Shown in pieces: positions 45,034 to 58,084 of a stretch of DNA of 64,000 nt. Each line of letters starts with the position of its first letter. The stretch's first letter is position 1. Origin of the DNA: Anthoceros angustus (taxonomy: Eukaryota; Plantae; Anthocerotophyta). The notes beneath the pieces were generated by a model. That model made no database searches and had not been told where the DNA came from. It was given only the letters and a program-made list of their open reading frames with translations. A program made the translations under genes and the position numbers. The stretch covers positions 434,001-498,000 of the forward strand of contig VJWM01000025.1 of assembly GCA_010909165.1 (NCBI GenBank), read 5' to 3'.

Positions 45034-48000
45034 ATGCTGGGTTCCGCCTTTCACGGCTTCTTGTGGCAGGCACGGCCGGTGTACTCGGGGCCGCCTTTGG
45101 CTTGTCCCTGTGGAAAACCGGCTGCAGAGCCTTGCAGACCATTGCTCCGTCATCAGCCATGTAATTCCTCTTCGGCATCTCTGGTGTTGTTTAATCCCTC
45201 TGGTCTGGTTTATCCTGCTATATTACGCGAGGCCACCGACGCATTGTTGAAGCACGGTCCCTGTGCTACACTGTCCGCACCATCTCAACGAGGTTCAGGC
45301 AAAATTTGTGGGTTCGTGCACAAGCAGTTTTGCGTTGCTGCACTGCCGCTTTCACTTGTGAGGTACGACGTGGATCAATTTGTTTATGCAGTACTCTGCC
45401 GCATCTTCGGGATCAATTTTGAGCGTACAGTGGAGAGAGGACTGCATCAGCTAGCTCGGTGGGTGGTCATATGTTGGTCTCGTTTTGTTGCCTCCTCCGA
45501 AACGGCAGACAGAGAATTATTTCTTGCGCTTATGGGAGCGACTTTAAGAATGTAGCACACAGCCAATATTCGAGCCAGGCTCAGAATATGGCCAGACGGT
45601 CGAGTACAAGGAACAAGGTGGCCCATTCTCAACCGAAGAGCGAGTTGCAAGGAATAAGTAACGAGCAGAGTGATGATGAGGGCCCCGACCTACAGAACAG
45701 CAAGCACTCTCTGTCAGCACAGGTGAGTATTGTTTTAACTTAATGTTCTCTCCTTGCAGCTCAACTGTCTGGATTCCTATATGAACTGGATGAATTACAT
45801 GTTTGCCAGGTCCAGCCAAACGATGTGGTTATATCCAAACAGATGCAGTTGAAGACACGGTTGGCAGCTTTTCAGAAAGCTGGAAATCTGACCGCGTTGA
45901 CTGTGGCAGAACTCAAAGGAATAATGCGGTGAGTTTTCCTTGCATTGAAACGATTCTTCAGCTGGGTGCAAGCTCCATTCGTTATGCCCTGTCGCGTACA
46001 AGCAATCAGTTGAAGTTTCACTCGCATCAATGTCCCTTCAGGATGTGGAATAGGCCCACAGCTCGGAAGAAGCAGGAGCTCCTACAAGAGCTGAAAACAA
46101 TCTTAGCGGATTCGAAGAGTTCGCTACCTGGTAAATTACATGCTGCTGTTGCTGAGGTATTCTGAATAAGAGCTACCCAACCCACTTTCCTGATGTGGGC
46201 AGCTTCTCACTCAGGAGACAGTGGAGAAGGTGACCAGGAGCCACTTAGAAAAAACACTGCTGAAGTAGACAATGAGGCACCTCTGATGGCTGGTTCGAGA
46301 AAGAGAGGAAGGGCACATACAAAAACGACGGGAGTGCAGGAAGAAATTGCTGGGACTATCACGACGGCTGGAGAAGAACCTGTTGGCACCGTAAAGGTTT
46401 ACAGTTCCAGGAGGGCTAAAGCTACGAAGACTGATCCTGTGCCTGATGCGGATGGGGGTAATGTGGAGCTAAAAGTCACAGAGGTGATGCAAGTGAAGGA
46501 AGTTTGGGCTACGTTTAACCACAAGAAACCAGAGCCGGAGTGGTATGCATATGATCCTAGGACCATGCGGCCTCCACCCCCTCCAGACAGAGGCCAGTTC
46601 CATAAATTGATTTCCTGGAATGTGAATGGTATTCGAGCACTTCTGAAGGGAAAGGACCCAAAGACACATGATGCAATAACATTTAAAGAACTTGCAGAGA
46701 GGGAAGACTTTGATGTTCTGTGCTTACAGGAGACAAAACTCCAGGTCAGTATGCTTTTCCAAACTTTGGGCGAGATACATTTGACATTTTGGTTCACGGT
46801 CATAGTTTCAAAAGGTTTCCCGTAATCCTGGCAGGATAGATTTGTCATTCTGGTCTTACCAGCAGCAATATCAGTGCGTGATGCTGAAGGTATCCGATGG
46901 TCAGTTTTCCAGGGCTCACGCATTTGACGGATGATAACAGGAAAAAGATGTGGACAAAGTGAAAGAATGTCTGTTACCTGACTACCTCGGAAGCTATTGG
47001 AGTTGCAGCACTGCCAAGCTTGGATACTCAGGAACAGCAATCATCTCTCGGGTGAGTTCTGTGTTGGATCTTCAAACCCTTCCCCTGTGCCCCCTCATGT
47101 TTATGTTTATACTCCTGCACATGCATGTGCAGGTGGAACCTCTCTCTGTGACGTATGGACTTGGGATTACAGACCATGATAAGGAAGGACGTGTCATCAC
47201 AGCTGAGTACGAAAGCTTTTTCCTAGTAACGAGCTATGTTCCTAATTCTGGGGATGGATTGAAAAGACTGGTATGACATCATCCCTCTCGATGTCACTTC
47301 GAAGATTTTGTTCCTGGCCGACTCCTTAGCACAAGATTCTCAGCTCGGCACTGGGACTTTTGCAGGATTATCGCATCACTGATTGGGATCCTGCACTAAG
47401 CAATCATGTTAAAGTAGGTCTCTCTTCTTACTACCACACATTATTTTGTTGTGAACATTCCAACTGTTGCTTTGTCACTTAACAAACTTTCTACAGAAGC
47501 TGGAAGAGAAGAAGCCCGTCATACTAACAGGAGATCTGAATTGTTGCCACCAAGAGATGGACATTGCGGATCCCAATGTACGATTCCTGAACATCTTCAA
47601 GTTGGCTGAGTGATGTAAAGGGAGACTGTACGCTGAGTCCTTGTTGCCTGTGGACAAGCATCCTCAGGGAAATAGAAGGAATGCAGGTTTTACTAATGAG
47701 GAACGAGCTTCTTTTGAGGAAAGCTATCTGAAGAAAGGAATGGTGGATACATTTCGGCGGCAGCACCCCAATGCAGTTGGGTACACGTATTGGGGGTATC
47801 GCACTGGTGCCAGAGCTCGGAACCACGGTACCTGAACAGCCACTCTAGTGGACACACACTCTGACCTAGTTGCCCGCTTGTCCGGATCCCTCAGCTTCTA
47901 ACGCTTCTTGTGGGATGGCTTCCACCAGGATGGCGGCTGGATTACTTCTTGGCTTCTGAAGCTCTCACAGACAGGCTCCATGACTCCTTTTCTTTGCCTC

Positions 48001-48050
48001 ACATCCAAGGCAGCGACCATTGCCCCATTGGGCTTATTATTACTCGTTAG
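45034..48050 (+). CDS. ARP: Apurinic endonuclease-redox protein (SAP domain + ExoIII/APE1 domain), multi-exon
   Basis: [14 protein letters not shown]|[17 protein letters not shown]; [74 protein letters not shown]. Start codon and first exons uncertain. Confidence 0.88.
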
Positions 48051-49033
48051 TGGCCGAGCTCCAGCATTTCCGAGACCGTCGTGAAGCAACGATGGAAACT
48101 CATGCTCTTTGATGTAGTGCACTGTACAACCCAATAGGTGTGTACGCAACCGACAAAGCACGTATACGAATGGCTGGTTTTAAGTTAACCCTACGGACGA
48201 AATGGCCAGGAGACACAAAGCTGTAAGCGGCATTAATCAACTTGAAGCCGTATTAGAAACGAATCAGAAGCAGATTCCAAAGGCCCAGAGAAACAGTGTC
48301 GGCAACCAAAGACTGGCATTCCAAGTGAAAGGAAAACGCTAGCGACAAACATAGCCACACGATGTAGGATCTGCTCCCCTAACGGTAGGGTCATCCTCGA
48401 TCTCAGCTTTGGCTGCCTGTGTTTCGGTGTGTTCGAAGTCTGCGCCCTCACGCCACGGTTTAGACCAAGTCCTGGCCTGGGCAGTCATGTCTTGCTTTGC
48501 ACCTCTTGTTTCGTGCAGCTCCGAATGCAGAGTGTCAGACTACGGAGGCAGAGATTGCTGGAGTTGATGCCATCCAAACAGCAGGGCTGCGAGGGAAGCA
48601 CAAGGAAGCCCACTCTGCGTATGGAGAAGCAAGAGCATCCAAGCCCTTGCGGGAGGGACTGTGCCTTCTTTTCATCAGGGCTTCGCAAGGTGTGGTAGAA
48701 GAGGATGTTCCTCTTTCTCGTTGTTGTGTCGTTTGAGAAAGCTGCACGTCACCGCACCACAAACACACAGACCTCATTTCGGAGTTGGCTGGTTAGCACA
48801 AGAACAGGTTATGGCTTATGCTGATGAAATCGAGTCTGAAGAGAGGCGTCCAGGTTTTTTTCTGGAAGTGTCTGAAACAGGGTGAAGCTCGCAGCTTTGT
48901 CGCAGATGCGGCCACGCAGAAGTTGCTTGGTGACGCTCAACGTTTCCACCAAGCTGCCGACCCAAGACCTCCCCTAGAGACAGGTCCAGTTGTAGCTCAT
49001 ATTCTTCTTCCTTCGATTGGGACTGCTCGTGCT

Positions 49034-50730
49034 TCAGGCTTCTGCTGTGCACTGGGGATGACTCTCATCCCCAACCAAAAAACTATGCACTAATCCCTCC
49101 TCGTCTGTCCACCAGCTCTGACCTGGCTGCTTCCACACCCTAATTCGTTTCCTCCTCGCCTGCATCTCCTCTGCCTGCTTCCACATCTTGGCATCAGTGT
49201 ATATGTTCGACATCAACACATATGGTGCAGCGTCGTTGCCCTCTAGCCTCACTGCCTCCTTGAAAGCATGGCTTCCCACCTCCACATTCCCCCACTTTCG
49301 ACAAGCACTTAGAAGGGTGCGCCAAACTGCAGAACTAGGCGAGACGGGCATCGAACTTACCAACGCAAATGCCTCGTCCACTTGTCCTGCGCGGCCCAGG
49401 AGATCCACCATGCATGCGTAGTGCTCCTCTGTGGGAGTGATGTCGTGATGCCTGCTCATGGCCTCAAAGTACTCCCAACCCTTCTTCACCAGACCCGCAT
49501 GACTGCATGCTGTTAGCACGCTGAGGAATGTGACGCCGTCTGGCTGTATGCCAGACTGTCTCATTTGCTGGACCAATCCAAAGACCACCTCACTCTCGCC
49601 TTGACAGCTATAGCCTGCAATCAGTGCAGTCCACGCGATAACGTTTCTTTTGGGCAAAGCATCAAACACCTGTTGCGCATCGCCCATGCTCCCAGACTTC
49701 CCATACATGTTAATCAAACTGCCAGCTACAGAGGCATCATCCTGAAGCCCTTGCTTCACAATCTGTGAGTGCAGCTGCCTCCCCAAACACAAAGCTGCCA
49801 CATTTGCACATGCTTGCAGGAGACACACAAATGTCACGGCATCGGGTACAGCTATGCCTTCTTCCTGCATAGCACTGTAGAGCCCAAGAGCTTCCTGCCC
49901 CATTCCCTGCTGGGTATATCCTGCTATCATGGCAGTCCATGTCACTGCATCTTTCTGACGAAGTCCGTTAAAGACACCTCGAGCATCCACCAAGCTGCCA
50001 CACTTTGCGTACATGTCCACCAAGCAACTATAAACGAACAAATCAGGCTTGACGCCAGCGGCCAACACATGAGCGTGCACCTGCCGCCCAGACTCCAGGT
50101 CTGCTGCCCTTGCACAAGCCTGAAGGGCTGCCACAAACACATGCCCATCTGGCTTCACACCCGATCTGCGCATCCGATGATACAGTTGTATAGCCTGCTT
50201 GTCTTGTCTGTGCTTAACATGCGCAGAAATGATAGCAGACCATGTGAATGCATCTGGCTTGGCCACGGCTTCAAACACATCCATGGCCTCATGCAACCTG
50301 CCATGGGAAGCATATATTCGCAGGATGTGGTTGCACAGGAACGTGTCTGCCTTGAACCCTTCTTCACTGTGCAAGCAATAACACGGCTACCCAGAACAGG
50401 ATCCTTCTTCACCACACATTTCTTCAGGACTGTGTAAAAGACAGATTTGACAATACAACGGTCTGCCTGCACTACAAGTTCCAAAGCCTCAACTGCCTGA
50501 TCCAGGTGGCCTTGAGACATAGCTTGCTCACAGTTTCAGCCGTAACGACCCTGTCGGTATCCGCCTCCTGACCAAATTCTCCCGGCTACCACCCTGAATC
50601 TGGGTGGAACATCCACTGAGCTGCCCGCCCACGCTTGCTTCCTACAAGCTCTCCCTCTGCTACTGGTGAAGCAACCACCCTTCGCTCGCAGCAGCAACTG
50701 CCTCGGCATAAACTTGCTTATGAATGTCAT
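49034..50730 (-). CDS. PLS-class PPR protein (11 motifs)-E1-E2-WW-type E+
   Basis: ORF 49034-50374 plus N-terminus to ATG 50730. Homopolymer frameshifts in this copy are open in the duplicate 53372-53995. WKQPGQSWWTD..DESHP. Confidence 0.8.
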
Positions 50731-50864
50731 GTTATGTGGCTAACACACACGTCACCATGACATCCTAAATGGCCATGGCTGTGGCCTTGAGTTTCTTCTT
50801 ACAACTTCATCCTGGATTTGCATTACAATGAGACACGATCGGACTTACAAGATGGAGGCATGCC

Positions 50865-53800
50865 CGCCATCCAAACAGCAGGGCTGCGAGGGAAGCACAA
50901 GGAAGCCCACTCTGCGTATGGAGAAGCAAGAGCATCAAGCCCTTGCAGGAGGGACTGTGCCTTCTTTTCATCAGGGCTTCATAGGTGTGGTAGAAGAGGA
51001 TGTTCCTCTTTCTCGTTGTTGTGTCGTTTGAGAAAGCTGCACGTCACCGCACCACAAACACACAGACCTCATTTCGGAGTTGGCTGGTTAGCACAAGAAC
51101 AGGTTATGGCTTATGCTGATGAAATCGAGTCTGAAGAGAGGCGTCCAGGTTTTTCTGGAAGTGTCTGAAACAGGGTGAAGCTCGCAGCTTTGTCGCAGAT
51201 GCGGCCACGCAGAAGTTGCTTGGTGACGCTCAACGTTTCCACCAAGCTGCCGACCCAAGACCTCCCTAGAGACAGGTCCAGTTGTAGCTCATATTCTTCT
51301 TCCTTCGATTGGGACTGCTCGTGCTTCAGGCTTCTGCTGTGCACTGGGATGACTCTCATCCCCAACCAAAAACTATGCACTAATCCCTCCTCGTCTGTCC
51401 ACCAGCTCTGACCTGGCTGCTTCCACACCTAATTCGTTTCCTCCTCGCCTGCATCTCCTCTGCCTGCTTCCACATCTTGGCATCAGTGTATATGTTCGAC
51501 ATCAACACATATGGTGCAGCGTCGTTGCCCTCTAGCCTCACTGCCTCCTTGAAAGCATGGCTTCCCACCTCCACATTCCCCACTTTCGACAAGCACTTAG
51601 AAGGTGCGCCAAACTGCAGAACTAGGCGAGACGGGCATCGAACTTACCAACGCAAATGCCTCGTCCACTTGTCCTGCGCGGCCCAGGAGATCTCAATACC
51701 CAACCCAGCAGTGATACAGTGATCCAGCCCACAGATGTTTCTTTGCGAAGTTTCTAAGACTACAGGGTACGTGGTGAACCGTGGAAGTAAGATTTGCACC
51801 TCTTGTTTCGTGCAGCTCCGAATGCAGAGTGTCAGACTACGGAGGCAGAGATTGCTGGAGTTGATGCCATCCAAACAGCAGGGCTGCGAGGGAAGCACAA
51901 GGAAGCCCACTCTGCGTATGGAGAAGCAAGAGCATCAAGCCCTTGCAGGAGGGACTGTGCCTTCTTTTCATCAGGGCTTCATCAAGGTGTGGTAGAAGAG
52001 GATGTTCCTCTTTCTCGTTGTTGTGTCGTTTGAGAAAGCTGCACGTCACCGCACCACAAACACACAGACCTCATTTCGGAGTTGGCTGGTTAGCACAAGA
52101 ACAGGTTATGGCTTATGCTGATGAAATCGAGTCTGAAGAGAGGCGTCCAGGTTTTTCTGGAAGTGTCTGAAACAGGGTGAAGCTCGCAGCTTTGTCGCAG
52201 ATGCGGCCACGCAGAAGTTGCTTGGTGACGCTCAACGTTTCCACCAAGCTGCCGACCCAAGACCTCCCTAGAGACAGGTCCAGTTGTAGCTCATATTCTT
52301 CTTCCTTCGATTGGGACTGCTCGTGCTTCAGGCTTCTGCTGTGCACTGGGATGACTCTCATCCCCAACCAAAAACTATGCACTAATCCCTCCTCGTCTGT
52401 CCACCAGCTCTGACCTGGCTGCTTCCACACCTAATTCGTTTCCTCCTCGCCTGCATCTCCTCTGCCTGCTTCCACATCTTGGCATCAGTGTATATGTTCG
52501 ACATCAACACATATGGTGCAGCGTCGTTGCCCTCTAGCCTCACTGCCTCCTTGAAAGCATGGCTTCCCACCTCCACATTCCCCACTTTCGACAAGCACTT
52601 AGAAGGTGCGCCAAACTGCAGAACTAGGCGAGACGGGCATCGAACTTACCGGATGAGGAGGAAGGCGTGGTTAAGCTTTGTTATGAGGGCCATCTGACTG
52701 AGGCTGTGGAGGCTTTAGAAGTTCTCGTTCATTCGGACCATTGTCTTTCCAAATCCCTTTTTACACAGTCCTGAGGAATGTGTGGGAAGAAAGATCCTGT
52801 TCTGGGTAGCCGCGTCATCGCTTGCACGGTGAAGAGGGGCTACAGGGCAGACACGTTTCTGTGCAATCACATTTTGCGAATTTTTGCTTCTCGTGGCAGG
52901 CTGCTTGATGCCATCCAAACAGCAGGGCTGCGAGGGAAGCACAAGGAAGCCCACTCTGCGTATGGAGAAGCAAGAGCATCAAGCCCTTGCAGGAGGGACT
53001 GTGCCTTCTTTTCATCAGGGCTTCATCAAGGTGTGGTAGAAGAGGATGTTCCTCTTTCTCGTTGTTGTGTCGTTTGAGAAAGCTGCACGTCACCGCACCA
53101 CAAACACACAGACCTCATTTCGGAGTTGGCTGGTTAGCACAAGAACAGGTTATGGCTTATGCTGATGAAATCGAGTCTGAAGAGAGGCGTCCAGGTTTTT
53201 CTGGAAGTGTCTGAAACAGGGTGAAGCTCGCAGCTTTGTCGCAGATGCGGCCACGCAGAAGTTGCTTGGTGACGCTCAACGTTTCCACCAAGCTGCCGAC
53301 CCAAGACCTCCCTAGAGACAGGTCCAGTTGTAGCTCATATTCTTCTTCCTTCGATTGGGACTGCTCGTGCTTCAGGCTTGTGCAAGGGCAGCCACAAACA
53401 CATGCCCATCTGGCTTCACACCCGATCTGCGCATCCGATGATACAGTTGTATAGCCTGCTTGTCTTGTCTGTGCTTAACATGCGCAGAAATGATAGCAGA
53501 CCATGTGAATGCATCTGGCTTGGCCACGGCTTCAAACACATCCATGGCCTCATGCAACCTGCCATGGGAAGCATATATTCGCAGGATGTGGTTGCACAGG
53601 AACGTGTCTGCCTTGAACCCCTTCTTCACTGTGCAAGCAATAACACGGCTACCCAGAACAGGATCCTTCTTCACCACACATTTCTTCAGGACTGTGTAAA
53701 AGACAGATTTGACAATACAACGGTCTGCCTGCACTACAAGTTCCAAAGCCTCAACTGCCTGATCCAGGTGGCCCTTGAGACATAGCTTGCTCACAGTTTC

Positions 53801-54140
53801 AGCCGTAACGACCCTGTCGGTATCCGCCCTCCTGACCAAATTCTCCCGGCTACCACCCTGAATCTGGGTGGAACATCCACTGGAGCTGCCCGCCCACGCT
53901 TGCTTCCTACAAGCTCTCCCTCTGCTACTGGTGAAGCAACCACCCTTCGCTCGCAGCAGCAACTGCCTCGGCATAAACTTGCTTATGAATGTCATGTTAT
54001 GTGGCTAACACACACGTCACCATGACATCCTAAATGGCCATGGCTGTGGCCTTGAGTTTCTTCTTACAACTTCATCCTGGATTTGCATTACAATGAGACA
54101 CGATCGGACTTACAAGATGGAGGCATGCCCGCCATCCAAC
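50865..54140. repeat. Mosaic of local duplications (pieces of 48496-49400, 50126-50873 and 54140-54780)
   Basis: Three partial copies of the 48.5-49.4 kb segment interleaved with pieces from 54.1-54.8 kb; junctions show 9-11-bp microhomologies. Confidence 0.9.
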
Positions 54141-54306
54141 AGGAGATCTCAATACCCAACCCAGCAGTGATACAGTGATCCAGCCCACAGATGTTTCTTT
54201 GCGAAGTTTCTAAGACTACAGGGTACGTGGTGAACCGTGGAAGTAAGATTTGCACCTCTGGGCTCCCCATTACATTAGATGCAGGCTGGTGCCCAACAAC
54301 CGGTCC

Positions 54307-56937
54307 ATGAAACTAATGACAGCCATGGCTGTCTGGAGCGTTGCGACCAAGTCCCAAGCCTTGGGGCACAACCAAGTCGGGTCCGGGAGGTGCACTACTT
54401 TCGCAACAGATTCCGCTTCTTCCAGAGGATTTTCCTTTTCCAGCCAGGGTGTAATCCTCGGGGTTGCTCTGGATGTGGGCATGGGTCGCTATGTCTCCAA
54501 CAGGAACTTACCGGATGAGGAGGAAGGCGTGGTTAAGCTTTGTTATGAGGGCCATCTGACTGAGGCTGTGGAGGCTTTAGAAGTTCTCGTTCATTCGGAC
54601 CATTGTCTTTCCAAATCCCTTTTTTACACAGTCCTGAGGAAATGTGTGGGGAAGAAAGATCCTGTTCTGGGTAGCCGCGTCATCGCTTGCACGGTGAAGA
54701 GGGGCTACAGGGCAGACACGTTTCTGTGCAATCACATTTTGCGAATTTTTGCTTCTCGTGGCAGGCTGCTTGATGCCATGGATGTGTTTGAAGCTGTTGG
54801 CAAACCAGATGCCTTCACTTGGTCCGCCATCATTTCTGCGCATGTTAAGCACGGCCAGGACGAGCAGGCCATACAACTGTATCATCGGATGCGCAGATCC
54901 GGTGTGAAGCCAGATGGCCATGTGTTTGTGGCAGCCCTTCAGGCTTGTGCAAGGGCAGCAGACTTGAAAACAGGGCAGGAGGTGCATGCTGATGTCCTGG
55001 CCAGTGGCAAGGAGCGTGATTTGTTTGTCTCTAGTTGCTTGGTGGACATGTATGCAAAGTGCGGCAACTTGGCGGATGCTCAGGGTGTGTTCAACGGACT
55101 CGGTCATAAAAATGTGGTTACTTGGACTGCCATGATAGCAGGATATTCACAGCAGGGCATGGGGCTGGAAGCCCTTAGTCTGTATAGCGCTATGCAAGAA
55201 GAAGGCATGGCTGCACCTGACTCTGTTACGTTTGTGTGCCTTTTGCAGGCATGTGCAAGTGTGGGAACCCCAGCGTTGGAGAAGGGGAAGCATCTTCATG
55301 CTCAAACTAGGGAACGAGGATATGAAGCCGATCGTTTTGTAGCCAGCAGTTTACTGCACATGTATGCGAAGTGTGGCAGCCTGAAAGATGCTCAGCGAGT
55401 GTTCGATGGACTTCGTAGAAAAGATTTGGTTATGTGGACTGCCATGATAGCAGGATATTGCCAGCAGGGCATGGGCCAGGAAGCCCTTTCCCTTTACAGT
55501 GCTATGCAAGAAGAAGGCATCACCGTACCCGACTCCGTAACATTCATGTGCCTTTTGCAGGCATGTGCAAGCGTGGGCACCTCAGCGCTAGAGATGGGGA
55601 AGCAACTACATGTGCAAATGCGAGAGCGAGGACATGACACTGATGTGTTTGTAGCCAGTAGTTTGGTGAACATGTACGCAAAGTGTGGCAGCTTGGACAA
55701 AGCTCAGAGACTGTTCGATGGACTTGCGCAGAAAAATGTGGTGACATGGAATGCCATGATAGCAGGATATTCACAGCAGGGAATGGGGCAGGAAGCCCTT
55801 CGCCTCTATTCTGCTATGCAAGAAGCCTTTACTGAACCTGATGCTGTGACATTCGAATGCCTCCTGCAGGCATGTGCAAACGTGGGTACCCCAGCTTTGG
55901 AGACGGGTAAGCATCTTCATGCTGAGATTAGAGAACGAGGACTTCAAACTCATGTGTTCGTAGCCAGCAGCTTACTGACCATGTATGCAAAGTGTGGCAG
56001 CTTGGAAGACGCTCAGAGAGTGTTCAATGCACTTGATAAAAAGGATGTGGTTGCATGGACTGCCATGATAGCAGGATATTCCCAGCAGGGTATGGGCCAG
56101 GAAGCGCTTCGAGTCTACCGTGCAATGCAAGATGAAGGCATGGTTGTCCACGATTCCGTGACTTTCATATGCCTCCTCCAGGCATGTGGAAATGTGGCAG
56201 CCTTATCTCTGGGAAGGCAGCTACATTCACAGATACTAAAGCAAGGGCTTGAGGCCCATGTGCTTGTAGCTGGCAGTCTGATTAACATGTATGGAAAGTG
56301 CGGGAGCATGGTTGATGCACAGAAGGTGTTTGATGCGTTGTCCGACAGAAACGTTGTTGTCTGGAGTGCACTGATTGCAGGCTACGCCTGTCAAGGAAAA
56401 AGTGAAATGGTCTTCGGCCTGCTCCAGAGAATGACAGAGGATGGTATAAGGCCAAACGGCATCACATTTCTCAGTGTTTTGACAGTATGCAGTCATGAGG
56501 GTCTGGTGAAGAAGGGGTGGGAGTACTTTGAGGCTATGAGCACCTACTACAGCATCATTCCTACTGAAGACCACTACACATGCATGGTGGACCTCCTAGG
56601 CCGCGCAGGACAACTGGATGAGGCACTAGCTCTAGTAACATCAATGCCAGTGTTGCCCAGAGCTGCGGTTTGGCACACGCTGTTGGGTGCTTGTCAAAAG
56701 TGGGGCAACTTGGAGGTGGGGCGTCATGCTTTCAGTCAAGTAGTTAAGCTAGAGGAGAATGATGCCGCAGCGTATGTGTTGATGTCCAACATATACTCCG
56801 GTGCCCAGATGTGGGAGCAGGCAGAGGAGATGCAGGTGAAAAGGCAAAGAATGAAGGCATGGAAGCAGCCAGGACAGAGCTGGTGGATCGACAAGGACGG
56901 CCTGGTGCATAGTTTTTTGGTTGGGGATGAGAAGTAG
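54307..56937 (+). CDS. PLS-class PPR protein (~20 motifs)-E1-E2-WW-type E+
   Basis: Intronless ORF (track 54250-56937, first ATG 54307); ends WKQPGQSWWIDKDGLVHSFLVGDEK*. Confidence 0.9.
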   Translation: MKLMTAMAVWSVATKSQALGHNQVGSGRCTTFATDSASSRGFSFSSQGVILGVALDVGMGRYVSNRNLPDEEEGVVKLCYEGHLTEAVEALEVLVHSDHCLSKSLFYTVLRKCVGKKDPVLGSRVIACTVKRGYRADTFLCNHILRIFASRGRLLDAMDVFEAVGKPDAFTWSAIISAHVKHGQDEQAIQLYHRMRRSGVKPDGHVFVAALQACARAADLKTGQEVHADVLASGKERDLFVSSCLVDMYAKCGNLADAQGVFNGLGHKNVVTWTAMIAGYSQQGMGLEALSLYSAMQEEGMAAPDSVTFVCLLQACASVGTPALEKGKHLHAQTRERGYEADRFVASSLLHMYAKCGSLKDAQRVFDGLRRKDLVMWTAMIAGYCQQGMGQEALSLYSAMQEEGITVPDSVTFMCLLQACASVGTSALEMGKQLHVQMRERGHDTDVFVASSLVNMYAKCGSLDKAQRLFDGLAQKNVVTWNAMIAGYSQQGMGQEALRLYSAMQEAFTEPDAVTFECLLQACANVGTPALETGKHLHAEIRERGLQTHVFVASSLLTMYAKCGSLEDAQRVFNALDKKDVVAWTAMIAGYSQQGMGQEALRVYRAMQDEGMVVHDSVTFICLLQACGNVAALSLGRQLHSQILKQGLEAHVLVAGSLINMYGKCGSMVDAQKVFDALSDRNVVVWSALIAGYACQGKSEMVFGLLQRMTEDGIRPNGITFLSVLTVCSHEGLVKKGWEYFEAMSTYYSIIPTEDHYTCMVDLLGRAGQLDEALALVTSMPVLPRAAVWHTLLGACQKWGNLEVGRHAFSQVVKLEENDAAAYVLMSNIYSGAQMWEQAEEMQVKRQRMKAWKQPGQSWWIDKDGLVHSFLVGDEK

Positions 56938-57135
56938 GTATCCCGACTACCTACTATCGAACGAGTCTGAAGCATGTGCATGAGTGCATGTCATCCGTGC
57001 CGGCAACGGATCAAGGCGGCCTGGTGCATAGGTTTTTGGTTGGGGATGAGACGTTGGTATCCCGACTACCTACTATCCAACGAGTCTGAAGCAAGTGCAT
57101 GAATGAGTACATGTCATCCGTGCCGGCAAGGGATC
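56893..57135. repeat. ~120-bp diverged tandem duplication at the PPR 3' end
   Basis: cggcctggtgcatag.ttttggttggggatgaga..gtatcccgactacctactatc..tcatccgtgccggcaa x2, with substitutions. Confidence 0.85.
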
Positions 57136-57339
57136 GAGGGTTAGGGTTCCATATAGATGCAGAGGACGACGTTGTATGTCGCGAGCTGCCAGAAAAGGTT
57201 GAGGCCAAGGGTCGGCTGCTGCTGGTAAGCCGGATGCAGAGGACGACGTTGTGATAATATGAAAGCCGAGTTCACGTAGAGGTTGGCTCTTCTGGCAATC
57301 CTCAGCGGAAGTGTGTTCCTTTAGGGGATTGACTCTGCT

Positions 57340-57540
57340 CACAACCTACACCACCACCCACTGGAACAACGAGCCCACCACCAGGGACATCGGAAGTGGC
57401 ACTAAGTCCAAGAGCAGGCTATTGGTGGCGTGGTGGCAGGTGTCTTCGTCCCTCTGTTGATAATTTTCCTCGTCCTTTGGTTCTGCTGCCGGAAGAAACC
57501 GACCACCCGGGAAGCCAAACTGTTACAGCAGTGTTCGGAA
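57340..57540 (+). pseudogene. Fragment resembling the Pro-rich juxtamembrane + transmembrane segment of a receptor-like protein
   Basis: PTPPPTGTTSPPPG then (frameshift) AIGGVVAGVFVPLLIIFLVLWFCCRKK. Confidence 0.35.
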
Positions 57541-58084
57541 CAGCGTTTCACAACGCTGTTCGGAACAAGCCTGTCTCCCTCGAACCCCTTCTTGTCCAAT
57601 CTGTGCGTGAAGATGCTTCCCTGTTACCCATACTGGCACATGCCTGTAGGAGAGACAAAAATGTCACTGCATTGCCAAAATTCAACATTAAACGCAGCAC
57701 GGTGTGACGGCGGCAGGTAGTAGGTTGGTGTGGCTATAAGATGTAGAGCAATCTTGGATTGTTTTTCTTGGATTGCCATACCGATGGAGATCGCGATCAC
57801 CATTGCATACATTGTGCAAGCTTCTCAAGATAGTCTCCGGGTGCACTAGCCCACATTGTGACCAATTGTTTTCCATTGGCGGTAGATAGGCAGGTCATGT
57901 CTCAAGCGTGTGTAGTGTCGGATCACATGTGTGTTTTGGGCAGCTTTACGCTACCAAGTGTGGGCCGATGATGTATATCAACCATGCAATGGCAGCTATG
58001 TAGCTGCAGCGAAACATATCTCTATAACTCACGAGCAACATGATCGTAGGTGGAGCCGCGGGACACCATCTCCATAACCAGCGA

